Positions 1 through 12,911 of a stretch of DNA of 64,000 bases are shown one piece after another (the stretch's first letter is position 1; every line of letters starts with the position of its first letter). Source of the stretch: Octopus vulgaris (lineage: Eukaryota); contig OX597814.1 of NCBI GenBank assembly GCA_951406725.2, positions 118,172,001 to 118,236,000 of the forward strand, given 5' to 3'. The notes under the pieces are model-generated. The model was not told the origin of the DNA, made no database searches, and worked only from the letters and a program-made list of their open reading frames with translations. Made by a program: the position numbers and the translations under genes.

Positions 1-493
1 CAGACAAAAAGTATGTGTTTATTAATTGACATGAATATTCCTTGCGACCACAATATAGCGGCGAAAGTATTTGACAAGATTTTGTAAATATAAAGACTTG
101 CTAATAGAAATTGAAAAGAATGTAGCATCTCAAGCCGACTATAGTACCAGTGATTGTAGGATCTCTAGGAATGATAAAAAAAGGTACTGAAACCTATTTG
201 AAAATGATACCCGGCTTACCATCCGTGCAGGAAGTGCAGAAATTCGAATTAACTGGAACGGGTCTTGTACTGAGAAGAGCATTACTGCTGTGAAAACAAT
301 ATCTGTTCATGTATTTATTTATTTATTAATTTTTTTTAATACATATTTTACCTGTGAATTTGCGTGTGTAATCTGGGAATGCATACTATGAGCGTCTCTG
401 CCCTAGGTATACGGAAAACACTCGGCGAGAAACGGAAGAAAATTTGAAGAAAGAAGGGAAAAAAATAATAGTTATAATAATAATTATAATTAT
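1..493 (+). mobile_element. 3' end of an R4/Dong-like non-LTR retrotransposon (restriction-like endonuclease C-terminus, 3'UTR, TAA-rich tail)
   Basis: Manual translation across frameshifts reads LLIDMNIPCDHNIAAK..KYKDLLIEIEK..IVPVIVGSLGMIKKG..VQEVQK..LTGTGLVLRRAL*, the typical RLE C-terminus. It is followed by an A/TAA-rich tail at about 460-493. Confidence 0.75.
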
Positions 494-814
494 GGGCTAC
501 CTCTTCGGTTGCGAACATGACTTCCATTATTAGATATGCCTTTCCCCTCGTTAGATATGTAATATTCTTTCACATAGTGGCCAGGCATTTCTCTATTTTG
601 CCTTTTTCAAAATGTTTGAAGCGTTTATTCTCTGGACAGTAAGATTTAAACAATACTGTTTTCCTTAATATCATCGTCCTCTTTCTTCATTCTTCCGAAA
701 TATTCTTCCAGTTTTTGAAATAGAATTTCTATGGTGTCAGTTGCCACTGCGACAACTGCTGAAATTTTTTTGCGCTACTGGCACTTCCACCAAGATCAAC
801 ACCACTCTATTCGA

Positions 815-817
<3 letters not shown>

Positions 818-900
<83 letters not shown>
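818..900. repeat. (TA)n microsatellite
   Basis: About 40 perfect TA units. Confidence 0.97.
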
Positions 901-903
<3 letters not shown>

Positions 904-1367
904 TTTTTCTTTAATAATTTCGAACGACAAACTTGGTCATGTTTATTTTATTAATTCAATAAACACAGAGATATCGCTGCCACTTAAAGTGGAAGCCTAT
1001 AATAAATTTTAATCTAATAGAGGATAATAGTTATAATCACACGCCCGCTAGGGGTGGGGCACAAAAACAAAGTTTCAAACGACTTAAAGCAGTTCAAATT
1101 TTTAAACAGAATTCGAAAAAAATAGCAATGTCACAATAGCCACAGAAATAAATTTAACAGTTCCTATTTCCCGGTCTACCTGGGAATAGTAAAAAGAAAT
1201 ACCGTTCAAGAAATACAACAAAGGTAACAATTCAAAATAAATGGAATCCAACAATAGTAAAACTTATCAGCACAAAAAAAGACCATGGCGTACGACCGGA
1301 AGCAAGCTTCTTACCACATAACCAAGCCTGCGCATTTACAAACTAGCTATGCACACATAGGAACATA

Positions 1368-1413
1368 TACATACATATCAACACACATATATATATATAT
1401 ATATACATATATA

Positions 1414-1468
<55 letters not shown>

Positions 1469-1539
1469 TTATATATATATATATACATGTACACATACAC
1501 GCACACACGCACACACACACGCACGCCCACGCACACACA

Positions 1540-1587
<48 letters not shown>
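1368..1587. repeat. Compound (TA)/(TG)/(CA) microsatellite
   Basis: Adjacent TA, TG and CA runs. Confidence 0.95.
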
Positions 1588-1729
1588 CTATCAAACAGAC
1601 AGAAAAACCACTGGTGTCCCTTTCAAACCTGAACGGTAGCAACTACGTAAATGTACGTATTTTTATTTACGTGTTGCTCTTCGGAAAGGAAAAGAATGAT
1701 TGATCTGATTGGAGTTTTTATTCTATTTA

Positions 1730-2480
1730 GAATCATCCTTTGAGAGGTGAAAGAAGACGTGTTTGCAATTTGTCAGTGAAAATATTTATATATTTATACT
1801 GTAGAGATATGTATTCATGATATATCACCACTACATTGTGCGCAGTTTAGTTTTGAATTGAAATATCTTCCAGAGAAACAAGTTAAAATTTATGGAAATT
1901 GGAAATTCGAATTCTGTGATACCATATTAAAATGGTTTATAAAGCCAATAGATTTTTGTGGTTGGTTGGTCAGTTGGAGGCCATGTTGATTTTAAATAAA
2001 ATCGAAGCTAGTGACAGTGGAATGTTTCTCTTTCCTTTCCCGTGATCATCCTGTTCAAATGACAACGTGGCACGATCACTTTCCACTTATATATTTTATT
2101 TTATTTCTATTTTCTTCTTTTCGAAGATCAGCGCTACATTTAGCGCATCACTTATATTAGCCGTGATTGCAAAAAATGCGCCATTGCTCTTAAAGGCTTT
2201 AGAAACTTGGTTTTTACTCTTTGGTAGGGGGCAGTCATGAATGCTAGCTATTTGATTGATATATCTCAATTTATTCTGTTTGTATGTTTTACGTTAAATT
2301 TTCCACTATCTTCACCGACTTTTTCCTGAGATACGCAATTATTTGAGCCACGTTTGTGATTATTATATCCTGCTACTACTTGTGAATAGGAAAATTCGGT
2401 AAGAGAGGACTGAACCTGAGTTTAGAAATTATAACTGCCCACGTATCAAGAAATTTGTTTCCCGTCAAACACAAATGCGT
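1730..2480 (-). mobile_element. Possible highly decayed Penelope-like fragment
   Basis: Minus-strand remnants such as FLDTW, KIYWLYKPF and NCK..SPLKG loosely follow the order of PLE thumb/linker motifs; many stops. Confidence 0.3.
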
Positions 2481-2582
2481 TTTGTTTTATTAAGTTCAAC
2501 GTTAATCTTATTTTTTTTCATTAAGTTCAACAGAACTGTATTATCACACGTTTGTTCTTCACAGACACAACGATAATAGTGA

Positions 2583-2583
<1 letters not shown>

Positions 2584-2630
<47 letters not shown>

Positions 2631-2778
2631 CATTATTATTATTATTATTATTATTATTAATCAGTAGTTTTATATTTATAGTGTGCTTTCACTTCACTAC
2701 CGATTCTTCTTCTTCTTCTTCTTCTTCTTCTTCTTCTTCTTCTTCTTCTTCTACTTCTTCTTCTTCTTCTTCTTCTTC

Positions 2779-2836
<58 letters not shown>

Positions 2837-2951
2837 CATCATTATTATTATTATTATTATTATAAATATTATTTTTATTATTATTGTTATTATTATTGTC
2901 GTTGTTGTTGTTGTTGTTGTTGTTGTTGTTGCTGCTGTTGTTGTTGGTGTT
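2584..2951. repeat. Compound trinucleotide microsatellite (TAT)n...(TCT)n(TAT)n(TGT)n
   Basis: Directly visible; it explains the poly-L/S/Y/C ORFs. Confidence 0.97.
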
Positions 2952-3795
2952 AATGATAATATAGGCAAACTTGAAAAGAGGAAAATTAATAAACAACAAG
3001 CCAAAACTATATTGCTATATAAGATAATGAAACAGAGATAAAAGACTTTCACGAAAACTGACTTACGAACTTACGAACATTTAGTAATTAAACAACTAGA
3101 CATTGCACCACAGAAACTCAAGAAAATAAAATATTACGAAGTAAGAGTATAGACGCTTTGATAAATACTTATAAGAGAACTTAATGACAAAAAGAAAGTA
3201 ACAGGTATGAACACACAAGTTGGTCAAACAATAAGTTGTATTGATAATATTCTCAACTATGTGCTAAGTGAATAAGCAAGACTAGACAGGAAAACAAACA
3301 AAATAAGTATTAATATTGGATGCAGCTATATTATGCCATGCGACACAGCGAGTCTGTAATTACCATGGATAGGGAGGTAGGGGCCTTTTGCAATAAGAAA
3401 TACTGAAGTACTTCTAAGAAATATAAATATACTCAGCAAAGAATGAAAGGAAAATGTTAACAAATACATGCAACGAACTATAAATGAAGTTTGGAAACAG
3501 AACTCGCAGTTTAATCTGGGAGTGAGGTGGTGCAGTAAAAACGTACATATGCTTTCTAGATTCAGCGTAAATTGTCCAGAATGTTCTCTATAAAAGGTAG
3601 AAATAAAAAAGAAAGAAATTAAAATGATGTCCAGAAAAATATAAGCTGCTATTGAGACAGAGAAGTATACTATTCATCTTAGAACAAAAGCTCTGGTTCG
3701 ATATGAAGCATGATTAAAACGGGCAAAACTCAAATAACATTGACCAAAAGAACAATAGCAAAATCAACGATATTAGCAACAATAATACCATAATT

Positions 3796-3978
3796 GCTTC
3801 AAAGTTGGGCACCAGCCAGCAATTTTGAGAGGAGGGGTTTGGTTAATGTCATCGATCTGAGTTCCTGGCCGTTTCTTATTTTATCGACATGGACAGGATG
3901 AAAGGCAAGGTTGATCTCCGAGGAATTCCAACTGAGAAAGGAAAGAGGCAGAAGTAATGGCGCGAACGATTATGCCAG
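3796..3978 (-). mobile_element. Decayed SINE family A copy
   Basis: ttattttatcgac..ggatgaaaggcaaggttga matches the reverse complement of the family A core. Confidence 0.7.
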
Positions 3979-4034
3979 ATCACCACATTAACAAAAACAA
4001 CAACAACAAAAACAACAACAACAATAATAATTAC

Positions 4035-4078
<44 letters not shown>

Positions 4079-4181
4079 TAATAATATGCATTAATCATCG
4101 TACTAATGAATCCCAAGCGTTTTCCTGCGTCAGAACTTGATTCTATTTCACCAAATTTTAACATATATTTGCCATGTTGTA

Positions 4182-5499
4182 CGAGGGTGAGTCAAAAAGT
4201 AATGCAATTTTGTTTAGGACAGGTATAATTATCAACACAGGAACATGTATTATACATCGAAATGAAGCTGGTCCTCTGTGGATAACATCCTTACTTCTCA
4301 ACAGAGTCACTGTTTCTCTCAATAGCAATGTTCCACCTTCGAATGAGAGAATGTATTCCTACCCCGTAAAATTCTGTTGACTGTTTTTTGAGCCACTTCT
4401 TCACTACAGTTTTCACTTCCTCTTCACTGGAATAATATTTGCCTCTCAAACCCTCTTTCATGGGTTCTAACAGATGATAGTCTGAAAACGCTAAATCTGA
4501 TGAGTATGGAGGATGCGGCAAAGTTGTCCACCTGAATGAGGCGATTGTCTCCCTTGTCCTGACGCTTGTGTGTGGTCGAGCATTGTCATGCAGAAGGAGG
4601 ACATTGTCGATTGGCAAGTTGGATCTTACTCGTCGGATTCTTGCTCTGAGCCTCGTCAGGGTTTCAATGTAGACATCAGAGTTTGTTATTTTTCTTTTTG
4701 GCAAGAAATCAACCAGAATAACGCATTGAGAATCCCAAAAGACAGTCGCCGGATTTTTGCTACTAACTTTTGCGTCTTGAACTTTTTGGGTGGAGGTAAT
4801 ATAGAGTGGCGCCATTCCATTGACTGCCTCTTTGATTCCGGTTCATAATGATGAACTCATGTTTCATCACCTGTTGCGAGCTTTCGAAAGATGTTGCCTC
4901 TTTGACTTTGTTCCAGAAATTCAGTGCAAGCATTGACCCTCTCAGTCTTGCGTTCGGTAGTCAGCTCACTCGGTACCCGACGGACATACACTTTTGAAAA
5001 GCCAAGTGATTCGACAATGTTGTAAACACTTCCATAGCTCACTTCAAGGTTTCCTGCCAAATCAAGAGATATACACCTATCTTCTCTGATCAGAGCATCT
5101 GCTTTTGCTTTATTGTCAGGATTCACAGAAGCGGACGGACGGACGGCCAGAACGGGACTTATCGGCTAAACTCACAGTTCCCACCTTTTCATCTTTCAGA
5201 CGATTGACTTCCTTACATATTTTGCTATAAGCGAAAGTGTTGTCCACATATCGTCGCTGAATATTCACATGGGTTTTTCCCTCAGCAACAAGTAATTCAA
5301 TCAATGCTCTTTGTTTTTGACGTAACTCTAAGAGAGCAGCCATTTTGAATTCATCAGTCTAAAAACTGGAAAAGTAAGAAACAAAATATTTCAGAACGTA
5401 AGTGACATAATTATTTATAACTGGGAAAATGTTCAGTTATTTTTATCAAAGACTTCACTTGAAATAAAGAAAATGGCATTACTTTTTGACTCACCCTTG
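4182..5499 (-). mobile_element. Complete but decayed mariner (DD34D) transposon, about 1.32 kb
   Basis: TIRs cgagggtgagtcaaaaagtaatgc (4182) and gcattactttttgactcacccttg (ending 5499), with TA on both sides (4180-4181, 5500-5501). Confidence 0.95.
4291..5343 (-). pseudogene. Mariner transposase pseudogene in three frameshifted pieces
   Basis: N-terminal HTH region with RSGRP, then TGDET, HDNARPH and HPPYSSDLAFSDY; 34 residues lie between the second and third Asp. Confidence 0.93.
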
Positions 5500-5633
5500 T
5501 ATTACGTATTTATGACACACCATAAACTTTACAAGAAACTGTACAATACAAAATACGTATATACATATTTATTTACGTGAAATAATGTATTCGTATACTT
5601 ACTTAAGCGTTAGTTAATAATCTAGGAGATATC

Positions 5634-6030
5634 GGCAGCGAGCTGGCAGAAACGTTAGCACGCCGGGCGAAATGCTTAGCGGTATTTCGTCTGCCGCTAC
5701 GATCTGAGTTCAAATTCAGTCGAGGCCAACTTTGCCTTTCATCCTTTCGGGGCCGATAAATTAAGTACTAGTTACGAACTGGGGTCGATATAATCGACTT
5801 AATCCATTTGTCTGTCCTTGTTTGTCCTCTCTGTGTTTAGCCCCTTGTGGGTAATAAAGAAATAGGTATTTCGTCCGTCTTTACGTAAAGGTCGCATTCT
5901 GGTGATCTTGACTTTGCATTTCATCCAGTTTTGGGGTCGAAAGAATGAGTACAAGTTGAAGTACACTTTGTCGATTTAAACGAGTTAACAGTTTCCCCAA
6001 ATTTGCCAGCGAGGTGCCAAAATTTGAAAT
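5634..6030 (+). mobile_element. tRNA-derived SINE family A (Meta-domain-like core), dimeric
   Basis: Head ggcagcgagctggcagaa, B-box gagttcaaat, core gcctttcatcctttcggggccgataaa; a second body restarts at ggtatttcgtc (about 5865). Confidence 0.88.
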
Positions 6031-6448
6031 TAATATCTAAGAGAAATCTATTAACTTATCTACACAAGTTAAAACGGTCTGTTTAAACGAATACACTCAT
6101 AGCCATACACATATGTAAACATCCTCGAGCACATATAAACACACGCACACGAAAACATACACAGTTGCGAAATATAAAATAGTTAACACATTATCAGCCT
6201 TTAAATCCTCTTCCTTAACATTCTAGGTAGTATTTTTGTATATGTACTCACCATTTTTTTCATCGTTCTTTTCGTTTCTTTCTTTGGCATTCTTCTGGGA
6301 GAAGATGAATTGATGTTTTCAAAATATCCACTTTACGTTTTACGGTAATTATATTTCGGCATCACACCTTGATTCTATTGTCAAACTGGGTAGGTATGTC
6401 ACACATTAATGTGACCACAAGCCACTATGTAGATACGTATTTATAAGC

Positions 6449-6452
6449 TACA

Positions 6453-6551
<99 letters not shown>

Positions 6552-6585
6552 ATGTATGTGTATACATATGTGTGTGTGTATGTAT
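6449..6585. repeat. (TA)(TG)(TATG) microsatellite
   Basis: Directly visible. Confidence 0.95.
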
Positions 6586-7711
6586 TTGAGTGAGTTTGAG
6601 TAAACGAGGGTATTTGTGTGTGAGTGGGAATAGTTATATCACTTTTAAGTTATCACGTTGAAGCGCTAACACGGTGTCCCCTGGACGTAGCAACACATCG
6701 AGTATCTTCCTCAACATATCATAACATACGCGGATTTGACAGTCATATTCTAATATTTATCTCTCATTCCATATCTCTGTTTTTAAACTTGACGACTTTA
6801 TCTTTTCACTAGTGTCGCTAAATTCACACCCCTTAATATATATTTAAACATCAGCCATATTGTGTTTTATTTGAATTACTTCCTCTCCATAATATCTTGC
6901 GGAACGTTGAATTTTGTAGCATTGCTCTTCTCTTCCATTCCTTCCTTTAATATATTCTGGGACACTCTTTCAGTAACGTCATTTAATTTTTGTAATACGG
7001 GTTTCAATAATATTAATGCTTGTTTCAAATTTTGGCACGAGGCCAACAATTCCGGGTTTGGAGGGTTGTAGTAAGTCGATAACATTGAGCCCGGTGACCA
7101 AATGAAGACGATCTCAGTGCTTGTTTTATCGAACCCGAGTTGATGGAAGCAAAGTGGATATCGGCTAAATTTGAATTGAGAACGCACAGAGCGATGAAAT
7201 GGCGCAAAACATATTGCCCAGTGTGATAATTGTTCTGCTAAATCACTGTCTAAAGTTTCTAATAGAATATTCCTGTACACATAGATCAAAGCATTTTCTT
7301 TTAGTTTCTAATTCTTTTCATTTTACTCCTCTGACATTTATTAGGTTTCTTTTTCTTAGCGCCAATTGTTCAAGCTTCACTGTTGTAACATTATAGCGGT
7401 TCTTTATTTGTATAATCTTTCGTTCTCACTGTTGTGGAGTAGGTATTTTATACACACATATGTGCATGCACGCATGTATATATATATATATATATATATA
7501 TACAATAATTATAATATTACATCGTAATATATATGTTTAAAGCGATATTTATATATATAAATTTGACTGAAAAATGATGAGCTAACAATCGAACCCACAT
7601 ATCAACGATTACACGGCTGCATGCTCATCCTGTTGGGTCAAACGCTCACCCATCAGTTATATACTCAGTATATCTAATACTATATATAATATTTTTATTC
7701 TGATATGCGTT

Positions 7712-7892
7712 TCATTCATTTGACTGAGGCCATGCTGGAGCACCAGCTATAGTTGAATAAATCGACCCCAGGACTTATTGTTTATAGGCCTAGTACTTAT
7801 TGTATCGGTCTGTTTTGCCGAACCCCTAAGTTTCGGGAACGTAAACTTACCAACATTGTTTGTCAAACGATGTTGGGGGTGCAAACGCAAAA

Positions 7893-7985
<93 letters not shown>

Positions 7986-8140
7986 CATATATATATATAA
8001 ATTCGACGGACTTCTATCAGTTCCCATCTACCAAAAGCTTTTGTCCACCCGAGGCTATAGTAGAAGATACTTGCCAAAGTTGCCACGCAGAGGGACTGAA
8101 CCCGAAACCACATGGCTGGTAAACATGCTACTTACCACAT
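7712..8140 (-). mobile_element. tRNA-derived SINE family B with internal (TA)(TG) microsatellite
   Basis: The reverse complement matches the copy at 17988-18392 (ggcaagtatcttctactatagcctcggg; tail gctccagcatggcc). Confidence 0.88.
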
Positions 8141-8244
8141 AATAAACAAACCAGGGGGCTTTGAATGTTACGGAGACAAAGCAACTATGGAAGTCTATTA
8201 CTGAAACAATAATTATAATGATATATCATAATAATATTAGGACC

Positions 8245-8770
8245 CAGCAAAACATCTTTTCCAGCTGGCTATCGACATATAGTCTGTGTCCGTATAGTGT
8301 CTGCCAGGAAGGTTATCGCTCCCATCTCCGGTCTTACGTGATACTCACAGACCATGGTTTCTGAGTGGTTACTCGTCCTCAGTGTGAGATAATAACTGGC
8401 TGTTTTTCCACTCGCAACAACTATATATTCTTGATCGCTTATAGAGAAAAGCAACCTGTTTTAAATCTCTTAGCGAGAAGTATATAATAACAGTATACCG
8501 AATAGTAAATTTTGGTATTTGCCAACAGAATGTAGCGGTCTGATAAGTGACGATGTCACTGTTGTTTTAGCTCCAGGAAAACATCTTTTCCAGCTGTCTA
8601 TCGATACACAGCCTCGTCCGTGTAGTGTTTTGCAAGGGAGATCGTAGCTCTCATGTCCAGCCTTACGAGATACAGACTATGATTTGTGGGTGGTTACCAA
8701 TCCAATCCTCAGTGTGAGACACCCATTGACAGTTAATGTAAGCTTTCTCCACTCGCAAACACTATATATA
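8245..8770. repeat. Diverged direct duplication of a ~190-bp unit (about 8245-8430 and 8575-8770)
   Basis: Both copies read aaacatcttttccagctg..tatcga...cctcagtgtgaga...tccactcgcaa..actatata. Confidence 0.85.
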
Positions 8771-9099
8771 CTTTAAGCGGCACAGAGTTAGCTCATCATT
8801 TTTCAGTCAATGGGTTTATATATAAATATCGCTTGAAATCGGGGAATATACATATTATTATCATATAATATTATATTTACGGAGATGTACCTGCATAGCA
8901 AGTGATTTGATCTGAGATCGTGTGCTGAAACGAAAGCAATTGCAGCGTTGAAGGTGTTTGTAAGCCATATTATTATATTTATTATATTATATTTATTATT
9001 GTACTAATAGATTTCCATAGTCGCTTTCTCTCCGTAACTTTCGAGTCTTCTCGTTTCTTTATAAATATTATTTACTTTTTTAGGGACAAGGCCCGAACT

Positions 9100-9207
9100 A
9101 TTAGCGACCTCACCGGAATTTAAACTCAGAACGTAAAGACAGACGAAATGCCGCTAAGTATTTCGCCCGTTAGCGGTGTGCTAATGTTTCTGCCACTTCG
9201 CCGCCTT
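9100..9207 (-). mobile_element. SINE family A head fragment
   Basis: gacgaaatgccgctaagtatttcgccc..ttctgccacttcgccgcc is the reverse complement of the family A head. Confidence 0.8.
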
Positions 9208-9929
9208 GGTTTGTTTATAAATATTATAAGGAATATAAGACAGTTCAAGTATGTATACGTAAAATTTGGATGAAATTTATGGGTGATCGTTTGGTCCTAT
9301 CTGATGCGCGTGTAGCTATGTAATCTTTGGTATATGGGTTCGAGTCTGTCTAGGGTTAACTCAGCATTTTTCACTCAATTTGTTGTGTATATAAATATCG
9401 CTTTGAATCGGAGAATAAATATGTTATTATTATGATATATCATTATATCTATTATTGTAATAATATACTTCCATAGTCGTTTTATCTCTGAAACTTTCAA
9501 AGACTTCTGATTTGTTTATAAATATTATCTGTGCGTGTATATATAAACATGTTCCGAGCGCACGTACACACGCACATATTGGTTTTCGAATGAGTGTGTA
9601 CAATTTCATTAGTTTTGTAGATTTTTTTTATCTCTTAGCTCCTTGAGTATATTTCATCGTGCAAACGCGCTACCTGAACATTCTGCCACGACGAAATACA
9701 AGTAGATTTTATATCCCTGATGATTACAGTGAAATAATCAAATGTAAAGGATACATCTGAAGGAAGCAGCCTGCTACATCATTCTTAGGCATTTTCAAGT
9801 AGCACTTCACTAGGAAGGTACTGCTTCAAGGATATTTTTAAAATGGAGAATAGGATTTGTTCTCATTTTTCGAGAGAACTTGGATGGTGTGAGATTCACT
9901 GACAGAGCCTACATAGCGGTGATACTATC

Positions 9930-10000
<71 letters not shown>

Positions 10001-10061
10001 GTTTTCATATAAGTTTCAGGCTTGCGGCTGCGGCCATACTGTTGCTTTTTTTTGTTTTATG

Positions 10062-10274
10062 TTTCTTTTACTTGTTTCAGCCATTTGAATACTGCCATGG
10101 TGGAATACCAAATTTTATCGAAAAACTCGGCACAGGACTTAATGTTTGTAAGCCAAGTACTTATTCTCTCGGTCACTTTTGGCAAACAGCTAAGTTACGG
10201 GAACGTACACCAACATCGGTTGTCACGCGATGGTGGTGGGAACAAACACAGACACAGAAACACACATACACGCG

Positions 10275-10311
<37 letters not shown>

Positions 10312-10430
10312 GACTCAAAAGGCTTTGGTCGTAACGAAGATATAGTAGAAGACACCAGCCCAAGGTGCCACGCAGTAGGACTGAACCCGGAACCACGTGG
10401 TTTGGAAGCAAGCTTCTTTCCACACTGCCA
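10062..10430 (-). mobile_element. SINE family B copy with an internal deletion
   Basis: Same head, internal microsatellite and tail as the other family B copies. Confidence 0.82.
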
Positions 10431-10436
10431 CCCCTA

Positions 10437-10513
<77 letters not shown>

Positions 10514-10568
10514 GTCTGTCTGTCTGCCTTTCTATCTGTCTATCTATCTATGTATATATATATATATA
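10437..10568. repeat. (TATC)n microsatellite
   Basis: Directly visible. Confidence 0.95.
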
Positions 10569-10572
10569 AATA

Positions 10573-11682
10573 CAGGGTTTCCCCCAAAATGTATACGTAC
10601 TTTAAATAATTGTAAAGTAGGTGTTTAATAAAATACATTTGATTTTCAAAATTTAATAGAATCTACAGATATTATTTTATTGTTTTATTAACGTCTGTTT
10701 TCAAATTGACGTCCTTTCTGGTCCAGGCACTGCTGACAACGCAAAGCAATGGAATCGCAAACATCATGAAACTATTCATTTGGTATTTGTGTACATTCTC
10801 GTTCAGTGGCTGCTCTCAAATCAGCGACTGTTGAAGGTTTCATAGCGTAGACTTTGTCTCTTAGGTATCCCCCAAAACAAAGTCTAATGGTGTGAGGTCT
10901 GGTGAACACGGCGATTATTCAGTGAAACGCCTTCATCCAATCCAACTGTTTGGCAATATCTTATCGAGAAAGGAACTAACATCGCGATGGTAATGTGGAG
11001 GTGCCCCATCTTGCTGAAAATAAAGCTTCTCATCATCAAAGTCATTTCTGATGCTTGGCATGACAGACCAATCACAGTAGCGTCAAAAAAGAATTGTCTA
11101 ATTAATCCTCTTGATGACGAGCCAAAGCACACTGTAACTCTTTGTAAATTAACATAGTGATCCACTACAGCATGCAGATCTCAGGTCCCCAGTAGGTGCA
11201 ATTGTGGCGGTTACCTGAACCATTTAATTTGAATGTAGCCTCATCACTAAAACACAGTATATATTGGAAAGAGTGCATCTTCTACATAACATGCCAAGTA
11301 CCATTCGCAAAACTGCATTATTCGATCTGGATCATCGTCATTAATATTATGGACTATATTTGGAACGTAAATTTCCATTCATAATGCTTCAAAATGCGTT
11401 GGACAGACGATTTTGAAATACCTACATCACGATTCGCTTGCCGCACTGATTTTCTTGGACTTTGCTGATACGTTTCCAACATCCTTTCTTTCTTTGTTGG
11501 GGTTGTCAATGTTCGGGGTCTTCCGGAACGCTTCTCGTGGACATCCTAAACAGTTCCATCGGCTTCAAACTTATCTCTAATTCGAGTGATGTTAAGTCGC
11601 GTTGGTTGATCTATTTGAAACTCCATCCTAAACGGCCTTTGCATTTCAACTGCATTTTCACATTTCTAGTAGTATTTTAGAA
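10573..11682 (-). mobile_element. Tc1/mariner DD41D (rosa-like) transposon relic with one TIR retained
   Basis: TA then cagggtttccccc at 10571. The minus strand encodes [36 protein letters not shown] and QQDGAPPHY...SPDLTPLD with 41 residues between the second and third Asp (two are stop codons). Confidence 0.88.
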
Positions 11683-12911
11683 TATGATAACGAGAGTACT
11701 TTTGACGTGAAGGTGGGAGAGGTTTTTTCTATATTGGCATGTGAGGTCGAGGGAAAATTATAGATCAGCGTTCATAATGTAGTAGCAGCAGCAGCAGACT
11801 TTTTGGTGAAACGAATTCAGATCTACCGTAGCTTGTAGCGAATCCTGAATTACAACGAGGTGGAATTAGGTCAGATAGCGACACCAAAGAAAATGGTGCT
11901 TGCTGCTGGCTAACAGATCGTTAAAGTGGCACCTGAACTGTTCCATTAGGTCAGTCGGTGCTCTGCATCCATTGACCTGTATAGCTTCTTGTGTTTCCAT
12001 GAGAGTGTATATGATAAGGAATGTGCGTGTATACCGAAAGGAAATACCTTGTGATTGCTTTCATTTTGTTTTTGAGTTTTGAGAAATGAATGTGAAACTA
12101 ATTTTTCAGCTATTTTACGGTAAAAACTAACTGTCTTTCTATCGTTGTGACAAATTTCGTTTTCTTACCAGTGGTGTTTGTCTATATTTACTTGCTAGAC
12201 TAGTATTATACACTTTACCTTAGATATCGCTAATGTAATGTATAATGGTGTATGAGCCGGATGAGGGTTTATCGTGCGTGAGAATACGTTACCTTATGTA
12301 AATTAAATCTAACCACCGAAAACAATACTTGGTAATTTTCTAAGGAAGAAAGTTTAGCGTACAAAAATTATGTTTATAAATCTTATAGGAGATAGTTAAT
12401 GTAGCCATTTATGAAAATATAAGGGGAGGAGGAGGAATTAAAAAGAATGAAGTGGATGTGTATTAAGGACTCTGGTTTACTCAAAATCCGTATTACGATA
12501 AAATAGAAGTATAATAAAAGAGAAACTGAGGAAAAATGGTAATTCATGTGTAAATACAACGATTAAGGTTCTACTATACTTACGAAGAGAGATAAAAAGA
12601 AAAAGTGAGATAAAAACATTTTAGGAGATGTAGTAAGAAGAGGAATATAGAACCAATAAGGCAATAATTTAGAGAGGTGAAGAGGAAACGAAATTATAAT
12701 TGAGTTGGGGAGACAAATAAGAAGAAATAATCATCAAGTATGGGTTGTTTTGAGAGAAGGGAATGTTAAAAGATATTAACTCTTTTAACTTCGTCCACTT
12801 CAACATCAACCGTTATACTTCTACCTACCAGCCTTACCATAAATCTATTTCTTTATTACCCACAAAAGGCTAAACACTGAGGGGACAAACATGGACAGAC
12901 AAACGGATCAA

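Noticed and set aside
731-3052. ORFs rich in YI, CV, HT or homopolymeric residues (also at 7.7-8.1, 10, 14-17, 22.5, 25, 26.4, 42.6 and 58 kb)
   Set aside because: Translations of microsatellites that lack stop codons; not genes.
3000-3720. Possible decayed RLE-LINE remnant
   Set aside because: Only scattered 3-4-residue hints; too degenerate to call.
6876-7289. 137-aa minus-strand ORF
   Set aside because: Its middle is a decayed SINE A (ttcaaatttagccga..ctttgcttccatcaactcgggttcgataaaa); no recognisable domain.
9717-9745. ctgatga-ttacagt-gaaa, a hammerhead-like core
   Set aside because: Stem II cannot close (T opposite T) and no stems I/III with a cleavage triplet were found.
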